A stretch of 64,000 nucleotides of DNA from Balanoglossus misakiensis (Eukaryota; Animalia; Hemichordata): the NCBI GenBank assembly GCA_040954595.2, contig CM082582.2, forward strand, positions 3,022,303-3,086,302, given 5' to 3'. This document shows, piece by piece, positions 62,301 to 64,000 of this stretch (its first letter is position 1; every line of letters starts with the position of its first letter). The notes beneath the pieces are model-generated. The model ran no database searches. It was given only the letters and a program-made list of their open reading frames with translations, and had not been told where the DNA came from. The position numbers and the translations under genes were made by a program.

Positions 62301-64000
62301 AATGACGGGTAAGACCGCTTATGAAGTGGTGACCTAAGACAGGCGACAGTCAGGCTTCACTTACAAAAAGTGGAAAATACAATAGCTACATTGGTAGGCT
62401 GAAAGCTTACTTCCTGAGACTGTTTGTGCCAATGACGGGTAAGACCGCTTATGAAGTGGTATCCTAAGACAGGCGACAGTCAGGCTTCACTTACAAAAAG
62501 TGGAAAATACAATAGCTACATTGGTAGGCTGAAAGCTTACTTCCTGAGACTGTTTGTGCCAATGACGGGTAAGACCGCTTATGAAGTGGTGACCTAAGAC
62601 AGGCGACAGTCAGGCTTCACTTATAAAAAGTGGCAAATACAATAGCTACATTGGTAGGCTGAAAGCTTACTTCCTGAGACTGTTTGTGCCAATGACGGGT
62701 AAGACCGCTTATGAAGTGGTGACCTAAGACAGGCAACAGTCAGGCTTCACTTACAAAAAGTGGAAAATACAATAGCTACATTGGTAGGCTGAAAGCTTAC
62801 TTCCTGAGACTGTTTGTGCCAATGACGGGTAAGACCGCTTATGAAGTGGTGACCTAAGATAGGCGACAGTCAGGCTTCACTTACAAAAAGTGGAAAATAC
62901 AATAGCTACATTGGTAGGCTGAAAGCTTACTTCCTGAGACTGTTTGTGCCAATGACGGGTAAGACCGCTTATGAAGTGGTGACCTAAGACAGGCGACAGT
63001 CAGGCTTCACTTACAAAAAGTGGAAAATACAATAGCTACATTGGTAGGCTGAAAGCTTACTTCCTGAGACTGTTTGTGCCAATGACGGGTAAGACCGCTT
63101 ATGAAATGGTATCCTAAGACAGGCGACAGTCAGGCTTCACTTACAAAAAGTGGAAAATACAATAGCTACATTGGTAGGCTGAAAGCTTACTTCCTGAGAC
63201 TGTTTGTGCCAATGACGGGTAAGACCGCTTATGAAGTGGTGACCTAAGACAGGCGACAGTCAGGCTTCACTTATAAAAAGTGGAAAATACAATAGCTACA
63301 TAGGTAGGCTGAAAGCTTACTTCCTGAGACTGTTTGTGCCAATGACGGGTAAGACCGCTTAGGAAGTGGTGACCTAAGACAGGCGACAGTCAGGCTTCAC
63401 TTACAAAAAGTGGAAAATACAATAGCTACATTGGTAGGCTGAAAGCTTACTTCCTGAGACTGTTTGTGCCAATGACGGGTAAGACCGCTTATGAAGTGGT
63501 ATCCTAAGACAGGCGACAGTCAGGCTTCACTTACAAAAAGTGGAAAATACAATAGCTACATTGGTAGGCTGAAAGCTTACTTCCTGAGACTGTTTGTGCC
63601 AATGACGGGTAAGACCGCTTATGAAATGGTATCCTAAGACAGGCGACAGTCAGGCTTCACTTATAAAAAGTGGCAAATACAATAGCTACATTGGTAGGCT
63701 GAAAGCTTACTTCCTGAGACTGTTTGTGCCAATGACGGGTAAGACCGCTTAGGAAGTGGTGACCTAAGACAGGCGACAGTCAGGCTTCACTTACAAAAAT
63801 TGGAAAATACAATAGCTACATTGGTTGGCTGAAAGCTTACTTCCTGAGACTGTTTGTGCCAATGACGGGTAAGACCGCTTATGAAGTGGTGACCTAAGAC
63901 AGGCGACAGTCATGCTTCACTTACAAAAAGTGGAATATACAATAGCTACATTGGTAGGCTGAAAGCTTACTTCCTGAGACTGTTTGTGCCAATGACGGGT
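50346..64000. repeat. 130-bp satellite array, block 4 (~105 monomers; continues off the right edge)
   Basis: Same consensus and orientation. Includes 128-bp deletion monomers (GAGACTTTGTG) at ~56705, 57483, 60211 and 62289. Confidence 0.99.

Noticed and set aside
1-64000. CRISPR-like or guide array
   Set aside because: The whole 130-bp unit repeats with no unique spacers. No cas genes are present, and the TEs are eukaryotic.

Overview
Eukaryotic, probably animal, heterochromatic or centromere-like DNA. About 87% of the window is one head-to-tail array of a 130-bp satellite (~428 monomers, ~45% GC, monomers mostly 0-4 bp from consensus). Variants mark local higher-order duplications and zonal domains. 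Three insertions interrupt the array. Two are apparently identical 1,046-bp non-autonomous pogo/Tigger-type DNA transposons (9742-10787, 13650-14695). They have 23-bp TIRs, a TA target duplication and transposase C-terminal remnants including a PIP box, and the second copy most likely arose by array duplication rather than a second jump. The third is a young, full-length 6,291-bp Ty3/gypsy LTR retrotransposon (44055-50345). It has 620-bp LTRs ~99.2% identical, a GACGG target duplication and a tRNA-Pro PBS. Its single Gag-Pol has the inverted PR-IN-RT-RH order of the Gmr1-like lineage, and one 1-bp frameshift in RNase H. No cellular genes, RNA genes or CRISPR arrays are supported. All counts were made by eye.
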